64,000 nucleotides of DNA, taken from NCBI GenBank assembly GCA_002269645.1, contig NIVC01002779.1, positions 77,087 through 141,086 on the forward strand. The letters are read 5' to 3'. Within the stretch, counting starts at the first letter, position 1, and each line of letters begins with the position of its first letter. The translations under genes were made by a program, and so were the position numbers. This DNA comes from Macrostomum lignano (taxonomy: Eukaryota). Positions 1-16,300 of the stretch are shown in pieces. Under the pieces are notes generated by a model. The model did no database searches. It worked only from the letters and a program-made list of their open reading frames with translations, and was not told the DNA's origin.

Positions 1-360
1 AGCTGAGGGCAGCTTGAAAGATTCCAGCAGAACTGCCTGCTACTTCCATGCGAGTCCCATGGCGCTGAGCTGTTCAGGTCCGAGAGACAGTGGAGAGCAG
101 GAGAGAGTCTCAGCTGTCAGCGAGTGCTTGAAAGTTTGGAAAGATTTGCAGAGAGTGTATATGCATTGGTCTTTATAATGGGCTGAGCCTTCTTTCAACT
201 AACATCATCTGCTGAGGCAGGATTAACCAAAACATTATGAAGCTTTGTGAAAACTCTAGAAAGCTCTAGTAAAAGCAAAAGAAGAAAAATGATCTATCTA
301 AAATAAATCGATTCGATTACAGTGTAAAAAATTGATCGATGCTTGATTAAAGTTTTATTC

Positions 361-1376
361 AGGTCCAGTTCAAGTTGTCTGGTTCATTTCTGTCCGGTTC
401 AAGTTTGTCCGGTTCAAGTTTGTCCGGTTCAGTTCTGTCCGGTTCAAGTTTGTCCGGTTCAGTTCTGTCCGGTTCAGTTTTGTCCGGTTCAAGTTTGTCT
501 GGTTCAGTTCTGTCCGGTTCAAGTTTGTCCGGTTCACGTTTGTCCGGTTCAGTTCTGTCCGGTTCAGTTTTGTCCGGTTCAAGTTTGTCTGGTTCAGTTC
601 TGTCCGGTTCAAGTTTGTCCGGTTTAGTTTTGTCCGGTTCAAGTTTGTCCGGTTCAGTTCTGTCCGGTTCAGTTTTGTCCGGTTCAAGTTTGTCTGGTTC
701 AGTTCTGTCCGGTTCAAGTTTGTCCGGTTCAAGTTTGTCCGGTTCAGTTCTGTCCGGTTCAAGTTTGTCCGGTTCAGTTCTGTCCGGTTCAGTTTTGTCC
801 GGTTCAAGTTTGTCTGGTTCAGTTCTGTCCGGTTCAAGTTTGTCCGGTTCACGTTTGTCCGGTTCAGTTCTGTCCGGTTCAGTTTTGTCCGGTTCAAGTT
901 TGTCTGGTTCAGTTCTGTCCGGTTCAAGTTTGTCCGGTTTAGTTTTGTCCGGTTCAAGTTTGTCCGGTTCAGTTCTGTCCGGTTCAGTTTTGTCCGGTTC
1001 AAGTTTGTCTGGTTCAGTTCTGTCCGGTTCAAGTTTGTCCGGTTTAGTTTTGTCCGGTTCAAGTTTGTCCGGTTCAGTTCTGTCCGGTTCAGTTTTGTCC
1101 GGTTCAAGTTTGTCTGGTTCAGTTCTGTCCGGTTCAAGTTTGTCCGGTTCAGTTTTGTCCGGTTCAGTTCTGTCCGGTTCAGTTTTGTCCGGTTCAAGTT
1201 TGTCCGGTTCAGTTCTGTCCGGTTCAGTTTTGTCCGGTTCAAGTTTGTCTGGTTCAGTTTTGTCCGGTTCAAGTTTGTCCGGTTCAGTTTTTTCGGTTCA
1301 GTTCTGTCCGGTTCAAGTTTGTCCGGTTCAGTTCTGTCCGGTTCAGGTTTATCCGGTTCAGGTTTGTCCGGTTCCG
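361..1376. repeat. 15-bp minisatellite TGTCCGGTTCA(AGTT/GTTC/GTTT), ~67 copies, with 315-bp higher-order duplication
   Basis: Tandem array seen directly. The TGTCTGG variant recurs at 496/586/691/811/901/1006 and the CACGTT variant at 535/850. Confidence 0.97.
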
Positions 1377-1929
1377 CTTTACGCAAAATGAAAGCTACAT
1401 TTACATCCCATCCAGTGTGCACATGATGTTATTTCATTATGTATTTTTGGGTGCTGATCCTCGAACCATTAAGCTCGAATTAAATCGATATTTGGCCTCC
1501 AGGCAAAATGCAAAGTAATTTACATTTTCGGCAATCGAATGTTTACATGTATGCCCAATTATGTACTTTTAATTTAACGAGTAAACCCAGAGTTCATATT
1601 GACCTTAAAGCAGCGATCCAGGGCGGAGCCATTATTGAGCTGTAATTTAATATAATTTGCATGACGATCTACAGACTGCCGGGATTCAAGCATTCAGAAA
1701 TTACAATCGCCTCCTCTTTATACACATGCAGTTTGTAGCGGATAAATTATGCAGGGTTCAAATCGAATATGATTGCCTACACGCTTGCGAAGGGAATGCT
1801 CAACTATAATTTGATATATTCGGACTAAAAATCTGCTGTGTGCTGCTGCTGCTTCAGCATCTTTTGCTTTTTCAGCCATTTATTTCAGCCATAATTTTCA
1901 TTAAAATCAGCCGAGGAGTCTTGTGAAAG

Positions 1930-2225
1930 CAAAGGAAGTCTCATGGAAGCATTGAAAGTCTCATAGAAGCGTTGGAAGTCTCTGGAAGTATATGAAGTCT
2001 CTGGAAGTATAGGAAGTCTCTGGAAGTATAGGAAGTCTCGTGGAAGTATAGGAAGTCTCTGGAAGTATAGGAAGTCTCTGGAAGCAAAGGAAGTCTCGTG
2101 GAAGTATAGGAAGTCTCTGGAAGTATAGGCTGTATAGGAAGTCTCATGGAAGCAAAGGAAGTCTCATGGAAGCGTTGGAAGTCTCGTGAAAGTATAGGAA
2201 GTCTCGTGCATGGAAGCTCGCAGAG
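1930..2225. repeat. Degenerate ~19-20-bp minisatellite (GAAGTCTCTGGAAGTATAG)
   Basis: Repeated GAAGTCTC...GGAAG units seen directly. Confidence 0.9.
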
Positions 2226-2658
2226 AAGCATTTAAAAAATGAAAATCCTATTGAACTTTGGTACCCTGTGACTGTGTACCAGCTCTTGCGACAAATTGTC
2301 TTTCAGCCTTGCCCTGCCTCTTCCATCAATCACAGTTGGATCGTAACCTTTGGATAAATCAGTTCTTTATATAGATAGACTCGACTTGGATTTTAGATGA
2401 CACAATATAATAGTACAGGCTACGGCTATATTGATACATGCAAATGCGATCTCAAGCTTATCATAAAACAATAGCTATACTTGATCTCACTCGATTTACG
2501 AATTAAGCCAGTGGCTGTATTGTTTTTAAAAGCAGCTACGCAGTTCAGTGGTGCTACCAGAAATTTTGTGGAGGCCAGAGGGCGGAGTGCAGGGCATGCG
2601 CTCCGAACGAAAGACAAAACAACGAATAAATAGTAGCAAGGATACCTGACTCCATCAA

Positions 2659-2731
2659 GCCTCTGTAGCTCAGTGGCTAGAGCACTGGTCTCGTAAACCA
2701 GGGGTCGGGAGTTCGATCCTCCCCAGGGGCT
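2659..2731 (+). tRNA. trnT-CGU: tRNA-Thr, anticodon CGT
   Basis: Full cloverleaf: acceptor GCCTCTG/CAGGGGC, D arm GCTC/GAGC, anticodon stem CTGGT/ACCAG with loop CT-CGT-AA, T arm GGGAG-TTCGATC-CTCCC. A T-run (2736-2739) follows as a likely Pol III terminator. Confidence 0.93.
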
Positions 2732-3942
2732 TATATTTTGCTCCGTCTCTTCAAATTGAGTTCAACTGCTGTGTCTAAGTCGGAATCTGGGACAAAGGCA
2801 AACTAAACTCTAAAAAATGAGTTTCAATATTGATTGATCAGCAAGAACATTGTACTCTATTTTATATTCTATTGATAGATAAAAAGTACGTGGACGTAAT
2901 CTGTAAGGACAGTATAAGGTCTGAACGCCTTGTGAATATTGATACCAACTCTAAAATTTGTCGATAAAATAGAAAAAAATAAAGCATGCTAAAATTTACT
3001 CAATTGAATAATAGCTCTCTGAGTCTGATTAAAAATTCGCCTAATATGTAAACGGTAGTTCGATATGTTTCGAAAAAATCTTTTAAGTGTAGCGAGATTT
3101 AAAAACAGCCTTCCAAACAAACAAATAATGCATACATTAAAAATCTAAATCAAGTAAGTCTTACACACTGAGCAAACAAATTTGGGTAGTAAAATATTCA
3201 CAAAATTCTCGATACTTTTAATTTAATTGTATAATACATGAAGAAAATGTTTCTTTGAATTGCATAAAACTTAAAACTTGAAAGTGAGAGACAATAAATT
3301 GGAAGTTTTATACAATTTGTTAGTTCATTTTTTCTCTGATTTATTGTAATTGCTAGATTAGTTTTCTATACAGTTTATTGTTTTCTTTTTTCATTGATTT
3401 TTTTATTGATTTGGTTAATTAAGAAAACTGTGCTGAATAGGCTACTAATACCAATAGTAAAGATACACTGATTTTATTAGTGCTTATGAAGTTATGCTTA
3501 TTAATATCAAATGGCAAGTTATATTATACTTACAGGCTAAATTACATTTATAGTTGTTTTTGTTTAGTAATAGCACTATGAAACAATAAGTTATTATAAT
3601 TCCAGAAATCATAACTATTCAAATGTAACAAAATTTTTATAAAAACTGACAAAAGTATAATTATATAAGTTATAATTAATAGTAAAATAGTAATCTATTT
3701 AATAGGCCTACATAAAGCTTATGTTCTATATTGCAATTTATTTTTAAGAAAATAAAGTCAATTATTGCAATATCTATTTAATTTTTTTATTTTTTATTTT
3801 CAATTCCAGCTATAAGCCAAGCTATTCACATAATTTACAAAGCCTAAACTATATGCGACGCACTGTTGGCCAACCATTGGCCCCTGTTTCATCATTCAAT
3901 CTTCATTCTACTCAATTATCTTATATTGTTTTTGGCAAAGAC

Positions 3943-6249
3943 ATGCGCCAACAACATAGCATTTCATTTATGACTCAATCAACAAGGATATTTGCTGTTG
4001 TAGCAGCTTATTGGGTGGTATCAATATCACTGGTGTTTCTTAATAAGTATTTACTTAGCAGTGATGAGCTCAAACTGGATGCACCATATTTTGTCACTTG
4101 GTTCCAATGTCTTGTATCTTTGGTATTATGTTATCTCTTAGCAGGCCTTGCCCATCTGGTGCCAATGTGCTTCAGCTTTCCCTCTGTTGCTGTGAGTATT
4201 TTTAGTTGTTGGGGTTTTTTCTAGAGTCTCTCAGTGCACTATCCATGAATAGTGCACTAATAGTAGTCCATTGGTACACCATAGTGCAAGGTCTTAGAGA
4301 CTAGGTCCACTGGTGTGCTATAGTACAGGGTCCTAAAGACTAGGTCCATTGGTGCCATAGTGCAGGGTCCTATAGACTGGGTCCATTAGTGTGCCATAGT
4401 GTAGGGTCCCTCCTATAGACAGGATCGATTGGTGTTTAACACTAGAAGGTCCCTGACTCCCTGAATAAGGTTAGGTTCTTAATTCTATCAGTGATTTAAT
4501 AAAGAGAAATCGTACTTTGAAAATATTCAGATTGAATTCCCATCCCATCCATCACAAGATCCGACTGCAGGTGTGCCGCAAAGTGGCTCCCCTATCGTTC
4601 ATCTTCGTTGCCATGGTGACATTCAATAATTTGTGTCTAAAAGATGTCGGCATCAGTTTCTATTATGCCGGCAGGTCATTCACTACCGTGTTCAACGCAT
4701 TGCTGTCTTATGTGATTCTGGGACAGACCACCTCGCTAAAGGCCATCATCTGTTGCGGCTTCATAATAGTAGGCTTCCTTCTCGGCGTGGACCAGGAGAA
4801 AGTGTCCGGTAGGCTTCTGTTCTGCTCGTTGCTACTGTTAGTAGTTATCACAGAGCGGCCCGAGTATATGCATAATTAAGTTATTAGTATTTTACCAGGA
4901 GCTCAGAATTATGTCAAAGTATAAATTCGCGTCACAAAAACAAACTCCCTAAACAGATAGACTGACTGACAGACAGACGGACAGGAGGACAGCACCTAAG
5001 ATTAAGAAGAATCGCCCGTGTACAGCACCTAAGATTAGGAAGAATCGCCCGTGAACAGCAAACGGCGGCTAAGATTAGGAAGAATCGCCCCTGAACAGCA
5101 CCTAAGATTAAGAAGAATCGCCCGTGTACAGCACCTAAGATTAGGAAGAATCGCCCGTGAACAGCAAACGGCGGCTAAGATTAGGAAGAATCGCCCCTGA
5201 ACAGCAGCTAAGATTAGGAAGAATCGCCCCTGAACAGCAGCTAAGATTAGGAAGAATCGCCCCTGAACAGCAGCTAAGATTGGGAAGAATCGCCCGTGAA
5301 CAGCAGCTAAGATTGGTAAGAATCGCCCCTGAACAGCAGCTAAGATTAGGAAGAATCGCCCCTGAACAGCAGCTAAGATTGGGAAGAATCGCCCCTGAAC
5401 AGCAGCTAAGATTGGGAAGAATCGCCCCTGAACAGCAGCTAAGATTAGGAAGAATCGCCCCTGAACAGCAGCTAAGATTGGGAAGAATCGCCCCTGAACA
5501 GCAGCTAAGATTGGGAAGAATCGCCCCTGAACAGCAACTAAGATTGGGAAGAATCGCCCCTGAACAGCAGCTAAGATTGGTAAGAATCGCCCCTGAACAG
5601 CAGCTAAGATTAGGAAGAATCGCCCCTGAACAGCATCTAAGATTAGGAAGAATCGCCCCTGAACAGCAGCTTAAGATTAGGAAGAATCGCCCCTTGTCCC
5701 TCCGCAGGCTCCCTGTCCGTGTCCGGTGTTGTCTATGGCCTCTTAGCCTCCCTATTCGTAGCTCTGAACGCGATCTACACTAAGAAGGTGCTGCCAGCCG
5801 TTGACAACAACGTGTGGAAGCTGACGCTGTACAACAATCTGAACGCCGTGTTGATCTTCCTGCCCCTGCTGGTGCTCACTGGCGATGCCGGCGCTGTTGC
5901 CGGCTCCCAGCTGATCAGCTCGGCCGCATTCTGGCTGGTGATGCTGGCCTCCGGTGTGCTCGGCTTCGCCATCGGCTATGTGACGGGCCTGCAGATTCAG
6001 TTCACTAGTCCGCTGACTCATAATGTTAGCGGCACGGCCAAGTCCTGTGCCCAGACAGTATTGGGCTACTTGGCCTATAGGGAGGTGAAGACTGGTCTAT
6101 GGTGGCTCAGCAATGTCATTGTGCTGACGGCTTCTTTTGCCTACGCCCTGGTTAAACGGCAGGAGATGCGGCTGCAGCACCAGCTGGAGATGGCGCGAAT
6201 GGCTGCAAAGCTGGAAGAGGGCGCCGACTGTGAGTTGACAGTGGCTTGA
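3943..6249 (+). CDS. SLC35C1: GDP-fucose transporter 1; join(3943..4191,4559..4808,5708..6249), 346 aa
   Basis: Motifs [66 protein letters not shown] match the family. GT-AG introns with consistent phases (0,1). The upstream ATG at 3853 is an alternative start. Confidence 0.93.
4255..4440. repeat. Degenerate ~38-bp tandem repeat in SLC35C1 intron 1
   Basis: About 5 units like CTAGGTCCATTGGTGTGCCATAGTGCAGGGTCCTATAGA. Confidence 0.75.
4993..5693. repeat. 33-bp minisatellite in SLC35C1 intron 2 (~21 copies)
   Basis: Unit CTAAGATTAGGAAGAATCGCCCCTGAACAGCAG; explains the [14 protein letters not shown]. Confidence 0.96.
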
Positions 6250-6270
6250 AGCTGAGTTCCAATCCCAGAT

Positions 6271-6968
6271 CCCTCAGCTGAATCCCACACCCTGCCAGAT
6301 CACTCAGCTGAATCATATTCCCTCCCAGATCACTCAGCTGAATCATATTCCCTCCCAGATCCCTCAGCTGAATCATATTCCCTCCCAGATCCCTCAGCTG
6401 AATCATATTCCCTCCCAGATCACTCAGCTGAATCATATTCCCTCCCAGATCACTCAGCTGAATCATATTCCCTCCCAGATCACTCAACTGAATCATATTC
6501 CCTCCCAGATCCCTCAGCTGAATCATATTCCCTCCCAGATCACTCAGCTGAATCATATTCCCTCCCAGATCACTCAGCTGAATCATATTCCCTCCCAGAT
6601 CACTCAGCTGAATCATATTCCCTCCCAGATCACTCAGCTGAATCATATTCCCTCCCAGATCACTCAGCTGAATCATATTCCCTCCCAGATCACTCAGCTG
6701 AATCATATTCCCTCCCAGATCACTCAGCTGAATCATATTCCCTCCCAGATCCCTCAGCTGAATCCCACACCCTCTCAGATCCCTCAGCTGAATCCCACTC
6801 CCTCAGCTAAATCCCACACCCTCCCAGATCCCTCAGCTGAATCATATTCCCTCCCAGATCACTCAGCTGAATCATATTCCCTCCCAGATTCCTCAGCTGA
6901 ATCCCACACCCTCTCAGATCCCTCAGCTGAATCCCACTCCCTCCCAGATCCCTCAGCTGAATCCCACA
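6271..6968. repeat. 30-bp minisatellite immediately after the SLC35C1 stop (~23 copies)
   Basis: Unit CCCAGATCACTCAGCTGAATCATATTCCCT; explains the MIQLSDLGGN ORF. Confidence 0.96.
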
Positions 6969-8326
6969 TGACATTATTGCACTCAGGGCGCTAAGGAGGG
7001 CTGCTCAAGCTAGAAATTTCACCTGCAGCCGGGCCACTGTGGCACTTGAAAAAGCCAAGCGCCTCCTGATGATCTTGTGGATTTTTAAACAGCTTGCCCT
7101 ACATTGTGCCTCTTCGTGGTTTGGTTGGCCTCCATTCTTACTATACGGCTGTTTCAATACAGATGGATGTCAGTGGGCATCAATAGAATTTATTGCTCCG
7201 ATGCCCGTTGCATTGCTGTTTGCGAAAATTTCACTCTTGACTACTTTTACTACTGACAGTAGAGTATTTAGTATTTACCACAGCTACTTATAATAACTAG
7301 ATGTTACTCGAAATTAAAGTAGGACGCAGAAATTTAATGTGTGGCGGCGGCGTATGGAGTTATGAATATGTTTCGAATAGGATGTGCATCGAGCATAAGC
7401 TGATTTTTCAAAAACCGGAAATATCTTGTGATAGTTTTAACTTTTTATCATTTTCCTATGATAAAGCAAAAAACGCTAATTTTGCTACTAAAAAAGTAGG
7501 TAAGCGCATTTTTGCGAGTGATATCTGGTTATTTAGTATCTGAATTATTTATCGATATTAAATTTTATGTTTTATTATTCGCTATTCCAATAGGTCTCAT
7601 TACACAAAAGTGCAAAACCAATGCATAATGTTAAACAGTAATAGACAACTATGATTTAACACGAAATGCTGGTCAATATTCCTGCCATAGTCGTACACAG
7701 CGCTGAGCTGTACAAATAAACGAAACCGTATCGGATTCATTCCTTGTATAGGCGCGCAACTGCCGCGCAATCTGATTAATAATGAAAGCAGTCAGTTGAG
7801 ACAGCTGTGCAGTCTTCAGTTATTAATAATCAAATATATTCTTGCTAAACAGATTGCATAGCATTCATCATAGGGAAGCAGCGGATAATTGGCGCTTAAC
7901 AAAATTGTGAACTTTGCTCGCCAATGGCATGCACTACTGAAAAATCATGCTGTCAACAATGAGATAGCTACACGCCTTGTCTGTTAATAATGAAACAAAA
8001 TGTTTGCACTCTTGGCGCAGGAAAGCATTATTGGTAGTCTGATCGCGTACGGAAAAATATTGGTTAATTATATATAATAGTGTGTGTCCATTGCTACACA
8101 TCTGCACTGCTCTACAGGAACGGGGATATAAAATGGGAAGTAAAAACACAGCTTGAGATTCGCTAAACGCCTGCTTAAATGATTCATTATTGAAAGCAAA
8201 GTCGCCCTCATCTGTACAGAATGTGTTTGCTGGTGTCTGCTGCAATTACATAAATTTACTAGATATTGAAGCTGATCGGTTGGCACTTTGTTCAGCGCGG
8301 TTTAGCCGGCTCCAGCTCCTGCCTAC

Positions 8327-12063
<3,737 letters not shown>

Positions 12064-12779
12064 GGCTGCCTAAGCCGACCTTCACTCGTATCCCTAACAC
12101 AAGGCGACAACTGTGTACAGCTGCTGTTGCAGTTAGTCTGTTATGAAGCTGAAATCGGATTCATTTACGCATCACTTATCAAGTTTCTTTTTCCGATTGC
12201 TTTTGTTGAGAAGTTTCATTAGTACAATGAGATTGCCTGTCAGCACTGGCTCAGATTCAGCGCTCGCCCAGTCACCCTTTTGTAACAAAAAACCCCTAGA
12301 AGAGAGAAGGAAAAAGATGACAGTGCTTGCTAGTTCACCTTCCGCCCCACTCTCAGCTTTACTACCCCCCCCCCCCTGTGTAGGAGAATTAAACCGGTGA
12401 ACGAGAGAAGTCGCGCGCAAGTGTGGTCAGAGAGTCAGAGAGAGAAGGCCAGAGAGTCTGAACGCACTCAGCTGGCTGTACAAGTGGAGGAAGACTAGCA
12501 ACATTATAAGGTAAATGTGCATTTGATGAGAAATTAAAAAACTGAGTTGGCTAAGACATGGCTATGCTTACAGATATCAATCTACTTCAAGCATAATTCA
12601 TTTAGCACTCTATGAACTCCTGCTGCGCTACTCATGAGTTGCCCCCAAAGTTACAGCGTCCATGCTTGCACTTTGACTATTATATATGCAATTAGATGTT
12701 AAACATTGCACTGCCTGTACAGTTCAACGGCCCAATGAAATGCTCAAACTTCACAAATAGCAATCCCACCTGTTCAAGG

Positions 12780-13305
12780 TCTATCTCTTCTCCTCCCTCT
12801 CCTCTCCTCCCTCTCCTCTTCTCCCTCTACTCTCCTCCCTCTCCTCTTCACCCTCTCCACTCCTCCCTCTCCTCTTCACCCTCTCCACTCCTCCCTCTCC
12901 TCTTCTCCCTCTACTCTTCACCCTCTACTCTCCTCCCTCTCCTCTTCTCCCTCTCCTCTTCTCCCTCTCCTCTTCTCCCTCTCCTCTTCACCCTCTCCTC
13001 TTCTCCCTCTACTCTTCACCCTCTCCTCTCCTCCCTCTCCTCTTCTCCCTCTCCTCTTCACCCTCTCCTCTTCTCCCTCTCCTCTTCACCCTCTCCACTC
13101 CTCTCTCTCCTCTTCACCCTCTCCACTTCTCCCTCTCCTCTTCTCCCTCTCCTCTTCTCCCTCTCCTCTTCTCCCTCTCCTCTTCTCCCTCTCCTCTTCA
13201 CCCTCTCCACTCCTCTCTCTCCTCTTCACCCTCTCCACTCCTCCCTCTCCTCTTCTCCCTCTCCTCTTCTCTTCCCTCTCCTCTATTTTCCTCTCACTTC
13301 TCTAG
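12780..13305. repeat. CT-rich polypyrimidine low-complexity tract
   Basis: Almost pure C/T strand built of CTCTCCTCTT-like units. Confidence 0.95.
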
Positions 13306-16300
13306 AATATTGGTTCTAAGGCCTATTTACTAGCAACAGAAAAGCATTCGACCTTGCCCATGCTTGGGCGGAACCTATGGATTCACCCGGCCATTTCTAT
13401 TGGCAACACACACATGTAAGTTGCTATTGGAACGGCTCAATAGAAACAGCCAGGTGATTCCCAAGGTTGCGCATGTATGTTGCCAAAATCAAAATTTCAA
13501 CCTACTAGTATGAGGGATATCTAAAAAATTTCTGGACTGAGGTCCCCATTTTTACAGGAAGAATGCTCAAGCCAGCTGAAATATGTATGTCAGTTTAAAT
13601 TTGGTTTTGGCAAGTGTGTTAAATTTGGCAGCCTAGCCAAACCTAGCAGTCAGTCACTATGCCTTGACAGAAACTGCCTTGCAGGCTCTGACTTAGACTT
13701 TTTATTGGGGGGGGGCAATTTTGGCAGCACCATTAAAACTGCCATTTGCTAAGAAGCATTGGAAAAATGCCTAGTGCGCATCTATTGCAGCAAGACTAAC
13801 ACATTTGCCAAAACCAAAGTTGAAATGGTATATTTAGATACAATTTTAACTACAAAGTTGTTCAATAACAAAATACTGGAATAATCAGTTAAATAGATAA
13901 AAACTATGTGCAATCTTATGGCAAAACTCAACATTTTAATACAATTTCTATAGTTGGATCAACATGATACTAATGTAACCATAGACCACAGAAATCATAT
14001 TAACAAACTGAACTTTGCTAGGAGATTGTTCATAACTTATATCTTCTGAAATTCTTTTTTTAATATTTTATTATTATTAAGCATAGTTATGTATTTGAAT
14101 TGAATTTGTAGGGCCTATATTATAGGATGCTAAAAAATTTTTTAATAAATTAATATGCAAGTTTTACTAGGAAATTATGTTTTTATTAAAAATATATAGA
14201 CTAAATCACAATGTCTAAAGTTATAAAAGGGAATATAAATACAAGCAATTTTTGTAAGAAAAAAGCAATTAGTCCCTTTGTAAGAATTAAATTTGTTAGT
14301 CCTAGCTCTAATAAAAAAGGTTTAAATATTATTCAAATTTATAGAGCTAGTTACTAAGATTATCTAGACTAATATATATATATATATATATATTTGTCTA
14401 TATAATTGTAAAGGCTCAATTAATTGCGAATGGAAAAAAGCTTAGGCTTCTACTTAGCCTTGCATGCTATTATATATTGTGATTGATTGATATGCAATAC
14501 AATGTATATAATGCTAGAAGGGCCACAGTTCAAGCCAATTGGCTGCAGAGGAGAGAAAAACTGAATAGGATGGGGGTTTGAATATTGCAAGGGCCAAAGA
14601 GTTAAGTTGGCTGGTAGGAAAAAGAGTACATTGAACAGTGGGGCTGACAAGAGCACGCAGTGCATGGGGACAGCTCACAATAATACTATTAAGTATACTA
14701 AATGATCCAGAGTGTGGTGGACTATAAGGTTGAATATTCCTGGACTTCAAAGACTTCTTATTTGTGTTGTATCTTGATTATAATATTGTTCTACTAGTGT
14801 ATGTCTTATACATCAAATTATGCTAAAGATTGCATATGCATTATATATAAATATCTGCTTTGCTTGCACTAGTATATAACAAAATATTAATCAGGATGTG
14901 AGAAAAGGTCTTAAAAATCTAGAATATTTATCTAGATCAAAACTTCTTCTCTCTGTGTGTGTTAGTGTGTGTAGTGTGTGTTAGATATTTGTGTTAGCAA
15001 TTTCACCAGACAAATAGCAAAAAGGCTATTCCATATATATTTAAATATGTATATGGCAGTTGTTATTTGTCTAGTGACTAGATATATAGGGGGGCCTATA
15101 TATAACATTTCAAAAAGCTACTAATGTTGAAAGTATTAAGGAATATAGGCCTACAAAAGATTCTACAACATAATATTCAAATATATAAATGGGATAATCT
15201 GGTGACTTGTAGTCTATGCTATAAAGGTGATTATATTTTACAAGGCTTCTAGTTTGTAGTTGTATGTATAGGCCTACTAAAATTTTTATGTTTAATATAA
15301 CTTTTATGAAGTAATTTTAAAGCACATTTTAGCTTAAGGTTAATTTACATAAAAAATTAATTCTAGCTTTATTATTTATATTTATATTGTACCTTAAAAA
15401 CTTTTTATCAAAACTGTTTTTATTTGTGGTTAATTTATAAAGTTTTGTAAGTGGCATTGGAACAGCTCTAACTTTAAGCGATTTACGAATTAAAAACATT
15501 GTGTGACTCTGCTCTGACTTTGTTTCGTCTGGCGCATATTCAAATGACAAACAACATTAGCATTTACCTATTTTCCTAAAAACTTAGTGCTCAATTTCAT
15601 CACGATAAAACGTAAAACAGCAAAACTGTTAATGGGTTTTCTTTGAAATGTGCCATTCAAAATATAACACTAACACTAAACGATTAAACATGCTAAGGCA
15701 TATGTATTAGTTTTTCCTTATAATATTTTTATGTAAATTAATAACAATTTTTTATTTCATTTTGTGTTACAAAAATTGCCTAAATTCCCTTTGTTAATAT
15801 TTACTTTTCGGAATGAAATTATCACCCAATTATATAGCAAACATAATCTAAAAATCTACTTTTCACATTTTAACACCAGATAAATCTAATTGAAGATAAT
15901 ATTCATTCCATACGGGGGGTGTGCAACAGTACTCGGAACACTCACAGTCTACTGTCAAAGAATGGGCTAGCCAAAAAGAACTGTAGTTTGCCAGACTGCG
16001 ACTGCAACAACCAGCAGTCGTGGCCCAGATAAAAATCGTGGCCCCGTCACTTGTTCAAAAGATATCATTCTTCGTACATTAATTTCGTACATGTAATTTC
16101 TCGAGTCGGCAGCAGCACAGAATATTATGGAGGTTATTCTTTTTACTAAAATGAAGTTTTACTCAAAAGTCCATTAAAAATCACATGCAATTTAGGTGTA
16201 ATCGATGATTTTTTACCGACCATCACGACTGATACTTTATTTGAAGATATTACATATACATAATAAATCTGCTTTATAAGTACACTAAGCTTTAGTAACG

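Noticed and set aside
343-1422. Long ORFs (350 aa, 338 aa) over the 15-bp array as real genes
   Set aside because: No ATG start (GTG/TTG), no unique domain, and a stop-free 15-bp unit opens several frames automatically.
4993-6968. 33-bp and 30-bp arrays as CRISPR-like repeats or repeat proteins
   Set aside because: Units are head-to-tail with no unique spacers, lie in an intron and 3' flank of a eukaryotic gene, and no cas genes are present.
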